64,000 bases of DNA from contig CM119372.1 in the NCBI GenBank assembly GCA_051294905.1, positions 3,040,001 to 3,104,000 of the forward strand, read 5' to 3'. A model generated the notes under the pieces. The model did no database searches. It saw nothing but the letters and a program-made list of their open reading frames with translations, and had not been told where the DNA came from. A program made the position numbers and the translations under genes. Positions 1 to 11,082 of this stretch are shown piece by piece. Every line of letters starts with the position of its first letter. Position 1 is the stretch's first letter. Source of the DNA: Botryllus schlosseri. Lineage: Eukaryota.

Positions 1-263
1 TTTATCTGCATGACGAATCTTATGGCTTTATTATTGTCGCCATTTTCCTCTGAATCACATCATCAAAAAGACATTTTATCTCTCCAATGCAATGTTATAT
101 GTTGCCCGATTTCGCAGTTAGGCCAGTTGACATCCATATGCATGAATAATTCATAGTTTTCTGTTTGATTCATTCATATACTGGTCTTTATACGCATCGA
201 TTTGAATAATTATGGATGATTCACGAATGTATGCACAATTTTGACATTTCACATGCACTACAC

Positions 264-630
264 CAGCGTTGGACCATTTGAAAATTTTCAAGCTTTTCCA
301 AATTAGATTGGAATTAGACTTTTAGGTCAACATTTTTTTTCCAAATTAGAATAGAATTGGAATTATAGATACAGTTTTGTTTCCAAGTTTAAATTACAAT
401 TACGGAATTGGCAAAAATTTTCATACGAAATCTTAATTCACACTCATACACATGAGAACGGAAAATGTTTGTACAGCAAGCTTGGCTCGCACTGTGTAGT
501 TCTTTAGCATTTTCAGGAAAACCAGAAATTAGATTAGAATTAAAATTTTAGTGTAGAAACATTTCACAAATTAGATTATAATTAGATTACAGGTATTTTG
601 CTATAATTAGTCTAATTGTCCAAGTCTACG
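264..630. mobile_element. hAT-type MITE, AATTAG-rich family
   Basis: Imperfect TIRs CAGCGTTGGAC...GTCCAAGTCTACG and 8-bp TSD CACTACAC (256-263, 631-638). Related copies at 28063-29239, 47017-47691, ~51290-51480, ~56470-56700 and ~59665-59990. Confidence 0.75.
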
Positions 631-685
631 CACTACACTGCATATAAGTTTATAACGGATGGTAAGCCATGCCGTAATCATTCAG

Positions 686-855
686 GGTAACAAGGGCGGT
701 GTTGCCGTCTCTGCGCGGGTGTACGGCCAGCATATTTGCTTTCTCAACGCTCATTTGTCCGCACATCTGACCAACGATGACGGCCGGATCAGCGACGTCA
801 ACGAAATTTACCGGGAAATGAGCTTTCGTGGAAAGGCTACCGTGCAAGACCACGA
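686..855 (+). CDS. INPP5K: Inositol polyphosphate 5-phosphatase (INPP5K/J-like), first exon in window; gene is 5'-partial
   Basis: ttcag|GNKGGVAVSARVYGQHICFLNAHLSAH...QDH|gtaagt. GNKGGV and CFxNxHLxAH are 5-phosphatase motifs; ends in phase 2. Confidence 0.9.
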
Positions 856-1408
856 GTAAGTGCCGTCGGCTGTTCCAAAAAGTTGTTTTTTCAAATTTTA
901 CTGGCTACTCGATATAATTTTAGCTTGCCTGTAACGCCTGAAGAAACGCTGCGCACTAAATTTGACTTGGTTCCAACTCGGTCAAGAATTTCTATGAGAC
1001 GAAAAAATTTTGGATTTATTTAAAAAAAATTAATTTTCTTCAAATGTTACCGGCCGTAAGTGGCCTACCATTTTTTTTTTCAAATCAAAAGTTTTCCACG
1101 CCGATAACAGTTCTATCAATTAGCCAATGAAACTTCAAAAAACTTCAAAAGTTGTTTTCAAACAGCCCCTAGTGTGCATTTCTGGCTGAATTCGTAAAAA
1201 TGAATCTCTATCTGTTGATCATTTCGTGCCCGACGCCCACGCAAGTTCGGTTCATTCGATATTTTCTATCATTCAATGTGTCGCATGTTTGGTGCAACCG
1301 TTTCTGCAGAAGTCAATACCGGTATACCGTTTCAAATTGCCCACATCGAGTTGAATTCATTGGTTCAAACTGCAAAGCATGCCGTAGTTCAATAGGCCTA
1401 GTTATCAG

Positions 1409-2265
1409 CAGGGCGATTTATTTTACCTAAAAAACGAAAGATATTGACCTGATAATCTTAATTTTGACCAAATTTGACCTAACGTATTCAAATTAGGTGT
1501 TTTCCCACATAATTTAAAATTGTACTGCTTGTCTTCATTTCTGGTTGGAACTGTCTGTCCTTACGAAGGAGTTTATCCTGAAAAAAACTTTTTTGCCTCA
1601 AAAACTAACAATTTTTTTATGAAAAAACTTTATTTAACAAAATCTAGCCTTATGAAGAAGTTCAGTAGCTAGATTACCCATTATGGTAGAAATAATTAAA
1701 AAATTTTGTAGTGCAACGAAAGTTACTTTCCTATATTCTCGGGTAGAAAGTGTCTGTCCTAACTAAGTACAGTAGCTTGTCAGGAATGGAGAAAGAACGT
1801 TCAACACCAGCAGTTGTTAGCTGACAGCACTGAAGTTGTGGGTACATTGCTGGTGACAAACCGTGATGCTCCATTCTGCCAATGGTGTCTACATCACAAT
1901 TTTTCATCATGCGCTTTTTGATATAAGGTCCATGCAATGACCACGCAGTCTTGCTTCAGTTGGGTTATTGCAGTACGTTGAGCTCTTGAGCATAACACCA
2001 TGTCAACCTATTTTTTTCATTTGAACGTTTAATATTCACAATTAGCAGACAATCGGCCGTCCACAACGGTAGACCTACAAAGTAGGCTACAAGCTGTAAA
2101 ATGTCAAATGATAAGTTCACCGACAATGCAAAATCTATGATACAAACGAAATGCAGATTGCAAAAATGTTTTAACTTCGTAAAAAATTTTGACTTTTTTT
2201 GATCTGACGCTACAATTTTGACCTAATTTTGACTTTTTTTTGACAAGTCAAAAAAAATTGCCCTA
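1409..2265 (-). mobile_element. Non-autonomous hAT element with C-terminal dimerization-domain remnant
   Basis: TIR (C/T)AGGGCG/CAATT and TSD GTTATCAG (1401-1408, 2266-2273). ORF 1731-1937 contains LQCCQLTTAGVERSFS (hATC-like). Homologous copy at 32124-32963. Confidence 0.85.
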
Positions 2266-2884
2266 GTTATCAGTTTATACATTCTGTAATGCATGATGAA
2301 AACTATAACAATATCAATTGAAAAATATACTCGTATTGAAAGAAACCCGAAAATTTTCGGCTGGCGCTTGGTGGGAAATCGTCAGTAACTAATAGAGAAT
2401 TGGAAAGAACATTGAATATCAATAATCGTCTGCCCAATTATAGGGTTGCCTTGTCTCCTTCAAGGACGGCCAGACGTCCTCCTTTTTTGCAATTTGTCGT
2501 CCCTTATAGCTCTAAGAGCCAGGCAATCATAGAACTAAAAAATTGCATAAAATACGGGATATTTGGATATGGACGGCAAGAAGTCGCCAACCCATAATAT
2601 GTGGGGCATTTGGTAGTAGAATTGGTAAAATGACCTTTTTTCTTTCAATCAGCACACTCAACACACCGGTAGTAGCAGTTAAATTTCCAAATTCCCCATA
2701 TTAATGAATGCTACTTGATATTGTGCGAAGTTTTATTTATGAAAATATTAGTAGGCTTACGTATATAATGATTTGTAAATGCCGTCAGATCTGGATATGT
2801 TAACCAATTTCTGATACCGTATCAACTTAAGCAATTACAATGTAATATAATTTCCACGCAAAATAATCTTGCACTTTCTTACAG

Positions 2885-2996
2885 CCTGGTTCTGATGTTT
2901 GGCGACTTGAATTTCCGTATTGACGAGTATTCCAGAGCATTTGTACTTGATAGCATCAAGAAAAAGAACTATTCCGAGCTTTGGTCAAGGGACCAG
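2885..2996 (+). CDS. INPP5K: INPP5K/J-like exon
   Basis: acag|(D)LVLMFGDLNFRIDEYSRAFVLDSIKKKNYSELWSRDQ|gtaa. Contains the catalytic motif GDLNFR; not in the supplied ORF track. Confidence 0.92.
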
Positions 2997-4112
2997 GTAA
3001 AGCTGTTCCATATCCATTTATCGGTTGTGTGAAGCTTGATGCAATTGGATTTGCCACGCATGTATGAAAGAATATGATTGATCTGTTTGGTAGTCTGTGC
3101 TGATGATGACTATCTTTGAATACAATGAATCATTGTTTGTCACGTCATTAATAATTGAACCTGGCAAACAAGGTTGGAATTGAAGGAATTTTAACACAGA
3201 CTATTCTGTATTTCAAATATTTCAGTTATTTATTAATATTAATGTGTAGATTCAAGCCTAATCAATTAGCCTTCAGTCTATGTCGCTGGTATTGGTGCAC
3301 TGTTATTTTGAGCTGAGATAAGTAATCCGTTATGAGAAACAACAATTACAGTCATCAATTGGAACAATAGAGTCATTATAAAAACGACAAATACAGTCTT
3401 TAATAGGAGGATGTAGGCTACCTAAATCAGCACTTCCTACTGTGCACTGTGCGTGCAGTGATGCAATGTATTGTGTAGTCTGGATTGGTTTTTAGTCAAT
3501 CTGGCAAATTCATTCTATACTATAGCATCTTACACAGAGTATTTTCCACAGTAGGACCTACCCCAATAATGTAAGGGCTTTAGAAGTATTTGAAAAATAC
3601 AACTCGCTTCAATACAGATGTAGACAATATTGTCTACATTAAATTAGCGAATAGATCAATTCACGCTAAATTTTCATGATTTATGATCATCGCATCTAAA
3701 ATTATCCAGGCCCAGACCATGATATTGTTCTAACGAGTGATCAAATCAATCATTGCCTTGATTATATCCCGTTATTTACACTGTCGTATAAGCTCAGGGC
3801 TATTCTTTAATGATTAATCATTAACATAATATGATTTGTTAGAGCTTACAGTATGGCAGATCACAAATTTGGTCTATTTATGACTTTGAGATGTTTAGGC
3901 TATGTTATGATACATGACTGTGTATAAATCTACAATTTTTTATACATGTATCAGACTACACAGTTCACATTTTCAAAGATCCTTACATTTTTATTATTTA
4001 AATTATATTGATTATACCCTCATGAGGTGTTATCAACTCATTGTTTGCCAAGATATTTTATAAAAGAATCCACTCGAGTTTGTGTGACACAAATAGACTC
4101 TTTTATTCACAG

Positions 4113-4190
4113 TTGAAAAAGCATATGAAGTCACATCCGATTTTGTCCACATTTGAAGAAGCAACACTGGATTTTGATCCTACATACAAG
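4113..4190 (+). CDS. INPP5K: INPP5K/J-like exon
   Basis: cag|LKKHMKSHPILSTFEEATLDFDPTYK|gtacc. Contains the FxExxxxFxPTYK motif; phase 0/0. Confidence 0.9.
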
Positions 4191-4638
4191 GTACCGGTTT
4201 TATACTGTTCTGATCTGACCTGACCGTAGAAGCGATTGATATTGGACTGAAAACATCAGTACTTATGCGGATCTACTTTCACTGTGTTGTGCATATTTAT
4301 CGAACCCAAACCGAAAGCGTGACAGAATCTGGTGTATAAGTTTGATAAAGAGTAGTTGCCCAAACCTTTCATTAATGTAAATCACTAGAACATAAATATA
4401 TTTTCGTCCTTGATGTTTTTGCGGCACATACGCCGACTCATGATATACATACACACGATATGTGCATATGCACACCATGAGTGCATGATGGACATATGCC
4501 GCTGGACAAGGAAGGTGCAGAAATAGCCTGGTAAGGCTTTCAAAGTCTTGCGCCACCCAACGAACATTATCCCGCCTGTGAATGGTTTTGAGTTGGCGGC
4601 CCCTGGTGTATGCGTTAATAATTGTTGCCTTGTTGTAG

Positions 4639-4747
4639 TATGACCCAAATACCGATATCTACGATACAAGTGAAAAGCAAAGGAAGCCAGCGTGGACTGA
4701 TAGGGTCCTATGGCGTATTCATCCGGAGTTCAAAGCAGGCAAGAGAG
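4639..4747 (+). CDS. INPP5K: INPP5K/J-like exon
   Basis: tag|[36 protein letters not shown]|gtaag. Contains the catalytic motif PAWTDRVLW. Confidence 0.92.
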
Positions 4748-4874
4748 GTAAGGACATATGTTAAACTTGGAGGTGGTTAGTACTTCCGAGTACTCAAGTA
4801 CGGTTTGCCTGCTTGCACCAATTGATTAACTGGTTATGTTTGTACTCTTTGTATTTGTTGTAATTTTCAATTGA

Positions 4875-5392
4875 TTAGTATATTCATATTGAAATGAACC
4901 CGAATATTTTCTGCCAACACTCGTTACGGGTAATCGTCAGCAACTAGTAGAGAATTGGAAAGAACAGGGTATAGCCTATCAACAATCGTATCACAAAATA
5001 TGACTTCACCGGCATGAAATTTTGAATAATCGGGAGGAAGAGAAGACTTGAGCTTAATATACTATATTTAGATGGTACACAAACTCTTTCTATAGGCACA
5101 ACCTTTGTTTGCGTATTTTGATAAAAGTCAACTGCAAGGCACCCAAATGAAAGTGTCGGCCTCTCCCGGCAACACAAAATCTGCCGTCTCGATAATTTTT
5201 CACGCAAACAGGACCGTTGCCGTCATATTTTGTGGTACGATTGTTGATATACAATGTTCTTTCCAATACTCTACCAGTTCTTGACGATTACCCCTGATGA
5301 GTGTCAGTCGAAAGCATTCGGCTTCTATTCAATATGAATATAATATTCCAATGTATATTGATTGAAGTTCTGTACCTCTAAGAATCTCTTCA
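4875..5392 (-). mobile_element. 5'-truncated Penelope-like element (GIY-YIG C-terminus plus 3' pLTR) with an inverted pLTR at its 5' end
   Basis: Minus strand ~5200-5060 reads NYRDGRFCVAGRGRHFHLGALQLTFIKIRKQRLCL*KEFVYHL, homologous to the PLE C-terminus near 62200-62300. The ~170-bp repeat follows it, and an inverted copy of the repeat lies at ~5220-5392. Confidence 0.8.
5290..5323 (+). ncRNA. Minimal type I hammerhead ribozyme motif in a PLE pLTR
   Basis: ACCC-CTGATGA-GTGTCAGTC-GAAA-GCAT-TC-GGCT: core intact, stem I imperfect. Confidence 0.55.
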
Positions 5393-5891
5393 GATGTTGT
5401 AGTTTTGTAAATTAGAAGTCTGTTTGGGATGGAATTGTCCTGCTAACTGCCTAAAATAGCCCCTGTATCAAAGTAACTGAATCTATTTTCGAAAATAGCA
5501 CCTATTCACAGAAACGTCATAGTTCCACTTGAATTAGTTTTGACATGTTTCGGAAATTGGTCCTGCTTGTAATTGAGTCGAAATCTACAGTGCTAATTCT
5601 GCTTTTAGTTAAGTACCAATGCCAGACATTTGTATGCTATACATGCAAGGCTTTGACACTTTAGTGTGTGAGTTTGTTGATAGGGCTGAGCCAGGGGTAT
5701 TTTGGGGCTGTGACGTCACATGCTCAAGTGTCGCATATGGTGGAGTGTTGACAGCCATCTTAGCAAATTGGATATGGCCTCTTTACCCGAAAAAAGGAAT
5801 CCGGTTTTGGCTTGTGAATATCTACTGTGCACCAAATCTTACTTGCATGCTGCTACAGTTAACTTATCAAGACTGTTACCGCTCTTTGCAG

Positions 5892-5992
5892 CTCCAAATT
5901 TTACGTTGACGTATGTGGATCAATCTTTTACGAACCACGCGGAGCTGAAGCAAAGTGATCACAAGCCTGTGTCGTGTGAATTTGACTTGAAA
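5892..5992 (+). CDS. INPP5K: INPP5K/J-like exon
   Basis: gcag|(A)PNFTLTYVDQSFTNHAELKQSDHKPVSCEFDLK|gtagg. The SDHKPV motif ends the 5-phosphatase domain; phase 1/0. Confidence 0.9.
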
Positions 5993-6301
5993 GTAGGAAT
6001 TGTGTCGGTATTCGAATGCTAGAACTACTAAATGGAATCGCTGTCATTAACACCTTTCGTTCTGTGGTTGTAACTTTGTTATTGTTCGCACACCACCTTG
6101 GCAACTTCTACAATTTTTCTGGAGTCTGAGAGAGATAATTATAAGTATGCTAAATTCTGGATTACTCTGGATTACTTGCCGAAAGATTGTTGTATAAATT
6201 GTATTTTGTGCATAATTCTCAAGCAGCGCAATTTAAACTGATCTGCTGACTCTCTAGTGTGAATTATCACTTGGAAATGAAGGTTTTTTCATTTCCAACA
6301 G

Positions 6302-6442
6302 ATCAAGCGAACTGCCTCGCATGAACCGGTAATTCGTATCGAGAACGAGGGCGAATGGGCTTGTCACAAAGACGGAAAGATCAAAATGGAGCTCTGCGAA
6401 GGCTTTTCGTGGGCCAGTCGAGATTACGTGGCGCTTTACAAG
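6302..6442 (+). CDS. INPP5K: INPP5K/J-like exon, start of SKICH domain
   Basis: cag|IKRTASHEPVIRIENEGEWACHKDGKIKMELCEGFSWASRDYVALYK|gtttg. Resembles the SKICH SxxDWIGLYK segment. Confidence 0.82.
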
Positions 6443-6774
6443 GTTTGGTTTGATCGTGCTAATCCATTTTCTGTTTCCTGTTAGACTTTTTTTACACTAG
6501 GATTGGGCAAAATTGTGCATCTGAGTGATTCAATTTCGATTGAGTATCCATTCATCTCTCGTTGTGGAGTTGACAACTAGAAAATTTCAGCTCTTCGACG
6601 TTAGATTAAAATTAAAAGTATAGCTACACAAATCTATTTGAAGTAAAAGTTGCTGACCACCAGAATAACCAGTGCATGCAGGAGGAATCTACTTGAAATA
6701 GAAGCAAATTAACTTCGTTACTGACGCGCTCTGGTTTACAATCTCTACGCTGACTTTAAACCTTGTTCTCACAG

Positions 6775-7056
6775 CACGAATTGAGAGACTTCCGCACCTA
6801 CCACACGTACGAGTACGTCCCCAAAGCCCCGGACCACCGCAACGAATCTTCAGACGAGGAATCGGACGAGGACCGTCAACGTTTGGATGGCAGGCGTTTG
6901 TCGCGGGCCGCCAACGACGATCCCAACGACAACGTAGTCCACCACCTCGACATGAGAAAATCGTCGATTACCGAACCGGGTATTTACAGGCTCGGGTATT
7001 ACAGCATGAAGATGTCGTGTTTGGTCGCAATCAGCGAACCGTTTGAAATTAAATGA
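6775..7056 (+). CDS. INPP5K: INPP5K/J-like terminal exon, end of SKICH domain
   Basis: acag|HELRDFRTYHTYEYV...GIYRLGYYSMKMSCLVAISEPFEIK*. Matches the SKICH ending LxYYS...G/AISxPFxI. The seven exons total 993 nt in one frame. Confidence 0.88.
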   Translation, partial: HELRDFRTYHTYEYVPKAPDHRNESSDEESDEDRQRLDGRRLSRAANDDPNDNVVHHLDMRKSSITEPGIYRLGYYSMKMSCLVAISEPFEIK

Positions 7057-8140
7057 TTTCTCTAGCTTGCGACAAAGGTGTCTGTTATCATTCGTGTACT
7101 TCCGTAACACATGGTGACTTTTGTAGCAATTCAAATTTACATAATTTTATGAGAGACTGTTGGAGGTACGGAACTTTAATATCCTATTGGGAGGTACGGA
7201 ACTTTAATATCCTATTGAAGGTTGAAGACCTTCTTGGAGGTACGGATCTTCAATATACAATGGAATAGTATATTGATATTGAAATATACCCGAATATGTT
7301 CAGCTGACACTCGTCAAATTAATCATCAGCATCTAGTGGAGAATTGGGAAGAACATTTTATGTCAACAATCGCATCACCAAATAAGTCGTCTGTATGACT
7401 GTAGTTGGGTCGATTAGAAAATATCGGAATTACTGTTGAAATGAAACGATTAACTTCGGTTGAAGCTGGTCAGTGACTAGTAGAGATTTCGAAGGAACTT
7501 TGTATATCAAATCAACAGACGTATCACCAAATAAAACTTCACCAGCACGAAAAATTTGAATATAATCCATGCCAACAGTTGGCTTAAAAGTTTAAATTAT
7601 ACAGGAACTCCGTCTTTTGGCACAGATGTTCGTTCTTAAATTGTCTTTGGAATACTTGGCTGATGTATGCAATTAAAACAAACACTGGAGTCAACTGGCA
7701 TTGCTAAAGTCACCCCTGTTACGGTAGTAGACATTTTTTCTTTCCGTTTTATATATTGGAATCGGTCGCTTTCCCTCTTTTCTTAAGATGATCCCAAGGT
7801 GATTATAAGATATGCAGATCGCACAATATAGTTTTTATGTAATTTCAGTTGGTTATATCCGCCCTGCCGTGTGTGTTATAATTAATGTCTTGGTTTGTTT
7901 CTGACCATGAGTTACTCGCGTTTTAGGAATGTTTTCATTTTACTCAACATCGATGTTACTGGATTCTGGATTATGCAGTTAATCGTATGTAGTCTCTGTG
8001 CTAGTGATTAGCGTTGGGCTTAAATCCAGTCTTGATGATTCTTCTGAACCAAGTATTAGGTGCCGGGTATCACTCATTTTATCTGATAATAGCATGGATG
8101 ATTTGGAAAACTCATATATGTACCTTTTAACCACAACATA

Positions 8141-8858
8141 GGGGAGAGGAGGAAAAGATCATACTTTTTGTCATATTTCAAGGCCGCTCAGAGAGTAATG
8201 CTCTTTGAGCATCCGTTTTGGTACCAATGCAAAGCCTGTGATCTGTACTATTCATACGTTCGTGAAACGTCTCAACTTACCAGGGTAAGGGTAACATGAG
8301 ATACGCTGGGTCCAAGATGAGACACACCAGCAATCTTGTTCGTTACAGCACCAGTTTATCCCAAATAGGTATATCAAATTTTAACATCATGAATGAAATT
8401 TTTTTAACCATGAAATAATCAACTTTCACAACGAATCTGTAACTTTAAACGTCATAAAGTAGTTTGTCCACGGGAGCTGCAAATCTCTTCTCTACCTGAG
8501 ACCTGTCAGTCTGTCGCTTCTTGTCAACTCACATAACTATTGTGTTATTTTCGCTGTAAACAGTTTGAATTTCAAGCATATCGAGGCATTCGATGTAAAG
8601 TTCTTCCTATACCGTACCCATGTTTCAACTTACACCCAATCCTTCGTCTTATCTCACCCCCACATTGAATTTTGAATATACTCACACTATGAAAATATCG
8701 TTTTGGCATACATCTATTTAACCTCGAATCTGTCTGCCTCAGTCACATGGTAGAACTATAGAGTGACACTGTGGGAACAGCATGGTTGAACGATTCTGCA
8801 AATCAACATATTGTTCTTTGAAAAATATCCATGCATCTCATCTTTGCCTCCTCTCCCC
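8141..8858. mobile_element. TA-flanked TIR element (Tc1/mariner-pogo-type MITE)
   Basis: TA|GGGGAGAGGAGGAAAAGAT ... ATCTTTGCCTCCTCTCCCC|TA. Confidence 0.75.
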
Positions 8859-11082
8859 TACATTGAAAATATACTCAGTATACACGCCACATTGATGATG
8901 TTTTTCAACCATGTCTAGTTTTGTGAGAACATTGCGGACTCATTACTGCTTCGCATGTAATGTGCGTGTTTAGGATGTTGTGTTACAAGCAATTTTGATT
9001 TCAAGGCTGTTACTCAAAAAACTAGTCTCTCAATACTTGCTCGAGTGATTAGAATTAATACTCGATTACTCAAATCAATGTGCTCAGCCCTAATGGAGAT
9101 ATAAAGTTCTGGTAACACTGTTCAGTACCATACTGTCATTCTATGTCAAGCGAAAATTTGTAATGAAATGGTGAAAGTTGAAAAGCACCCTGTTCCCTAC
9201 TGGCTAATGGCTACGTCAGCATTCCAAGAATTTCGATTTTTGCCAAAATGGAGCATATGGCGCCACTCACGTTTTCATATTTAAGTGAGAGTAATGAATA
9301 ATCTTTCCAAGTTTAGGAACATTAAAGCTTTTAGTTTGCGTTGATGGCGCTGGTGGTACCTCAACTCGTCTGAATTGTATGCTGGATGATTTGTTGCGTT
9401 GTTTGCGAACGTACAGTTGGCATGACTGGCTGAATTTATATGGTATGGTCCATGTTTTATTACAAATCATTTTAGGATACAGCTTGGAACAATGTAATTT
9501 CTCCACCTGACACGTAGACTTCTTCAAACTATTGTCTTTGAATAATCTAAAATTTCTATTAGTTGTAAGCTACGATTTTAGACTACTGACTTCATATGTC
9601 ATGCCAACTTCTTGATTTAGCTTATGTAGTGTAGTGTACTGCTCTGTTACAATTAAAAAGAATCCCTATTTGGTGCACCCCAATCATTCGAAAATTGTTT
9701 TTTATACCTTAATTGCAAAGTGAAAGCCAATGAATGAATAATTGAATAATCTCACTGCGACACTGGACAGTAATATACAGAACATCCATCTATTTCTTCT
9801 TTTATCATTGTAATCTCGCCGTTATACTTGATTGTTCTATGCGTGTTACTGAATATTATCATCCTATTCCATTGAATGATTTTAATTTTTTGATGTAGTT
9901 GGTTTTCCTGTTTCGTCCGTACATTTAGGTTGCCACTTCTTTCTGTCAAATTGCTATATGGAGTTGATATAACTTATCTGAAATATATATCCTTCCATTC
10001 ATGGCATCGTGGTAGTAATGACTTTGAGTCATTATATTAAATACTAGTGTGTCAAGACGGGTTCATTGTAACTTCCAAGAATGGTTAAGTTACCATGTGA
10101 TTGCTATTTCGTTTATTATAGACTGATACTTGAACAGTAGGGTGACAAACTGAAACTGCAGTAGGGTGACAAACTGAAACTGCTAACAGTGTTATGAATT
10201 TGAGGCAAAACTAAAAAGCAAAACTAAAAAGTAAGATTGGCTCGGAACCTTGCGATTTCGTTATCAGTAGCGTAGGAAGTATATGACAGCATGCTTGGTT
10301 CAAGAACTCAGATGCTGTTCTCATTTGTTGTCTTTGAGGACGACTCCTTTCAACTGATCTGTTGCATTTGATTTGGATTGCTGACATATCCAAGGCGGAA
10401 TTCTTCAACTGAATTATCTCTTACTCGGACGGAACACACGTTGCTAAAATTCATCAGGTCATGTTTGAAGGTCTGTGTATAAAGCTAGAATAATCTATTT
10501 TGCAATCACATCCGAAATACCCGGAACAAAGGGCTATTACATGAAACTAGGCCTAATGCACAGAACAGTAGAAAAAGCATTGAATAAACGAGTTGCAAAT
10601 GATAGGATATTGGAGTTGACAAAAACTCAAGGCACAGGCTTCTACGTCCGATGATGATTTCACTGGAAACGGCTATTGAGTATCAAAACAGTATTCAGGA
10701 CTACAAGCAACACTAGGATAATACAAAAATGATTACGATCGTCTAGAGAACTTCAAAGGTTTGATATTTCCGCTACCACTATATGGATGATGATGAATTG
10801 CAGATGGATCAGAACTTCATTATATAATTGATAGTATACCCTATACTCATATTGAAATGAACCAGGACATTTTCGACCCTAACACTTGTCAGGGCTAATC
10901 ATCTCTACTAGCTAATGATTATCCCTTATGAATGTCAGCCGAACATATCAGGATTTATTTTAATCTGGAATACACTATTCAATTATATAATGAAGTGTTG
11001 AAATTGCCAGCAAAAAATTCCAGGAAGCTGCATGCGCTAATAGAAAAGGCAAGCCAAGACCATGGTATCAAATATTTTCTAT

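Noticed and set aside
9260..10480. Minus-strand purine-rich stretches with splice-like ends, possibly a decayed gene downstream of CEP76
   Set aside because: Every candidate frame has several stops and no recognisable motif.
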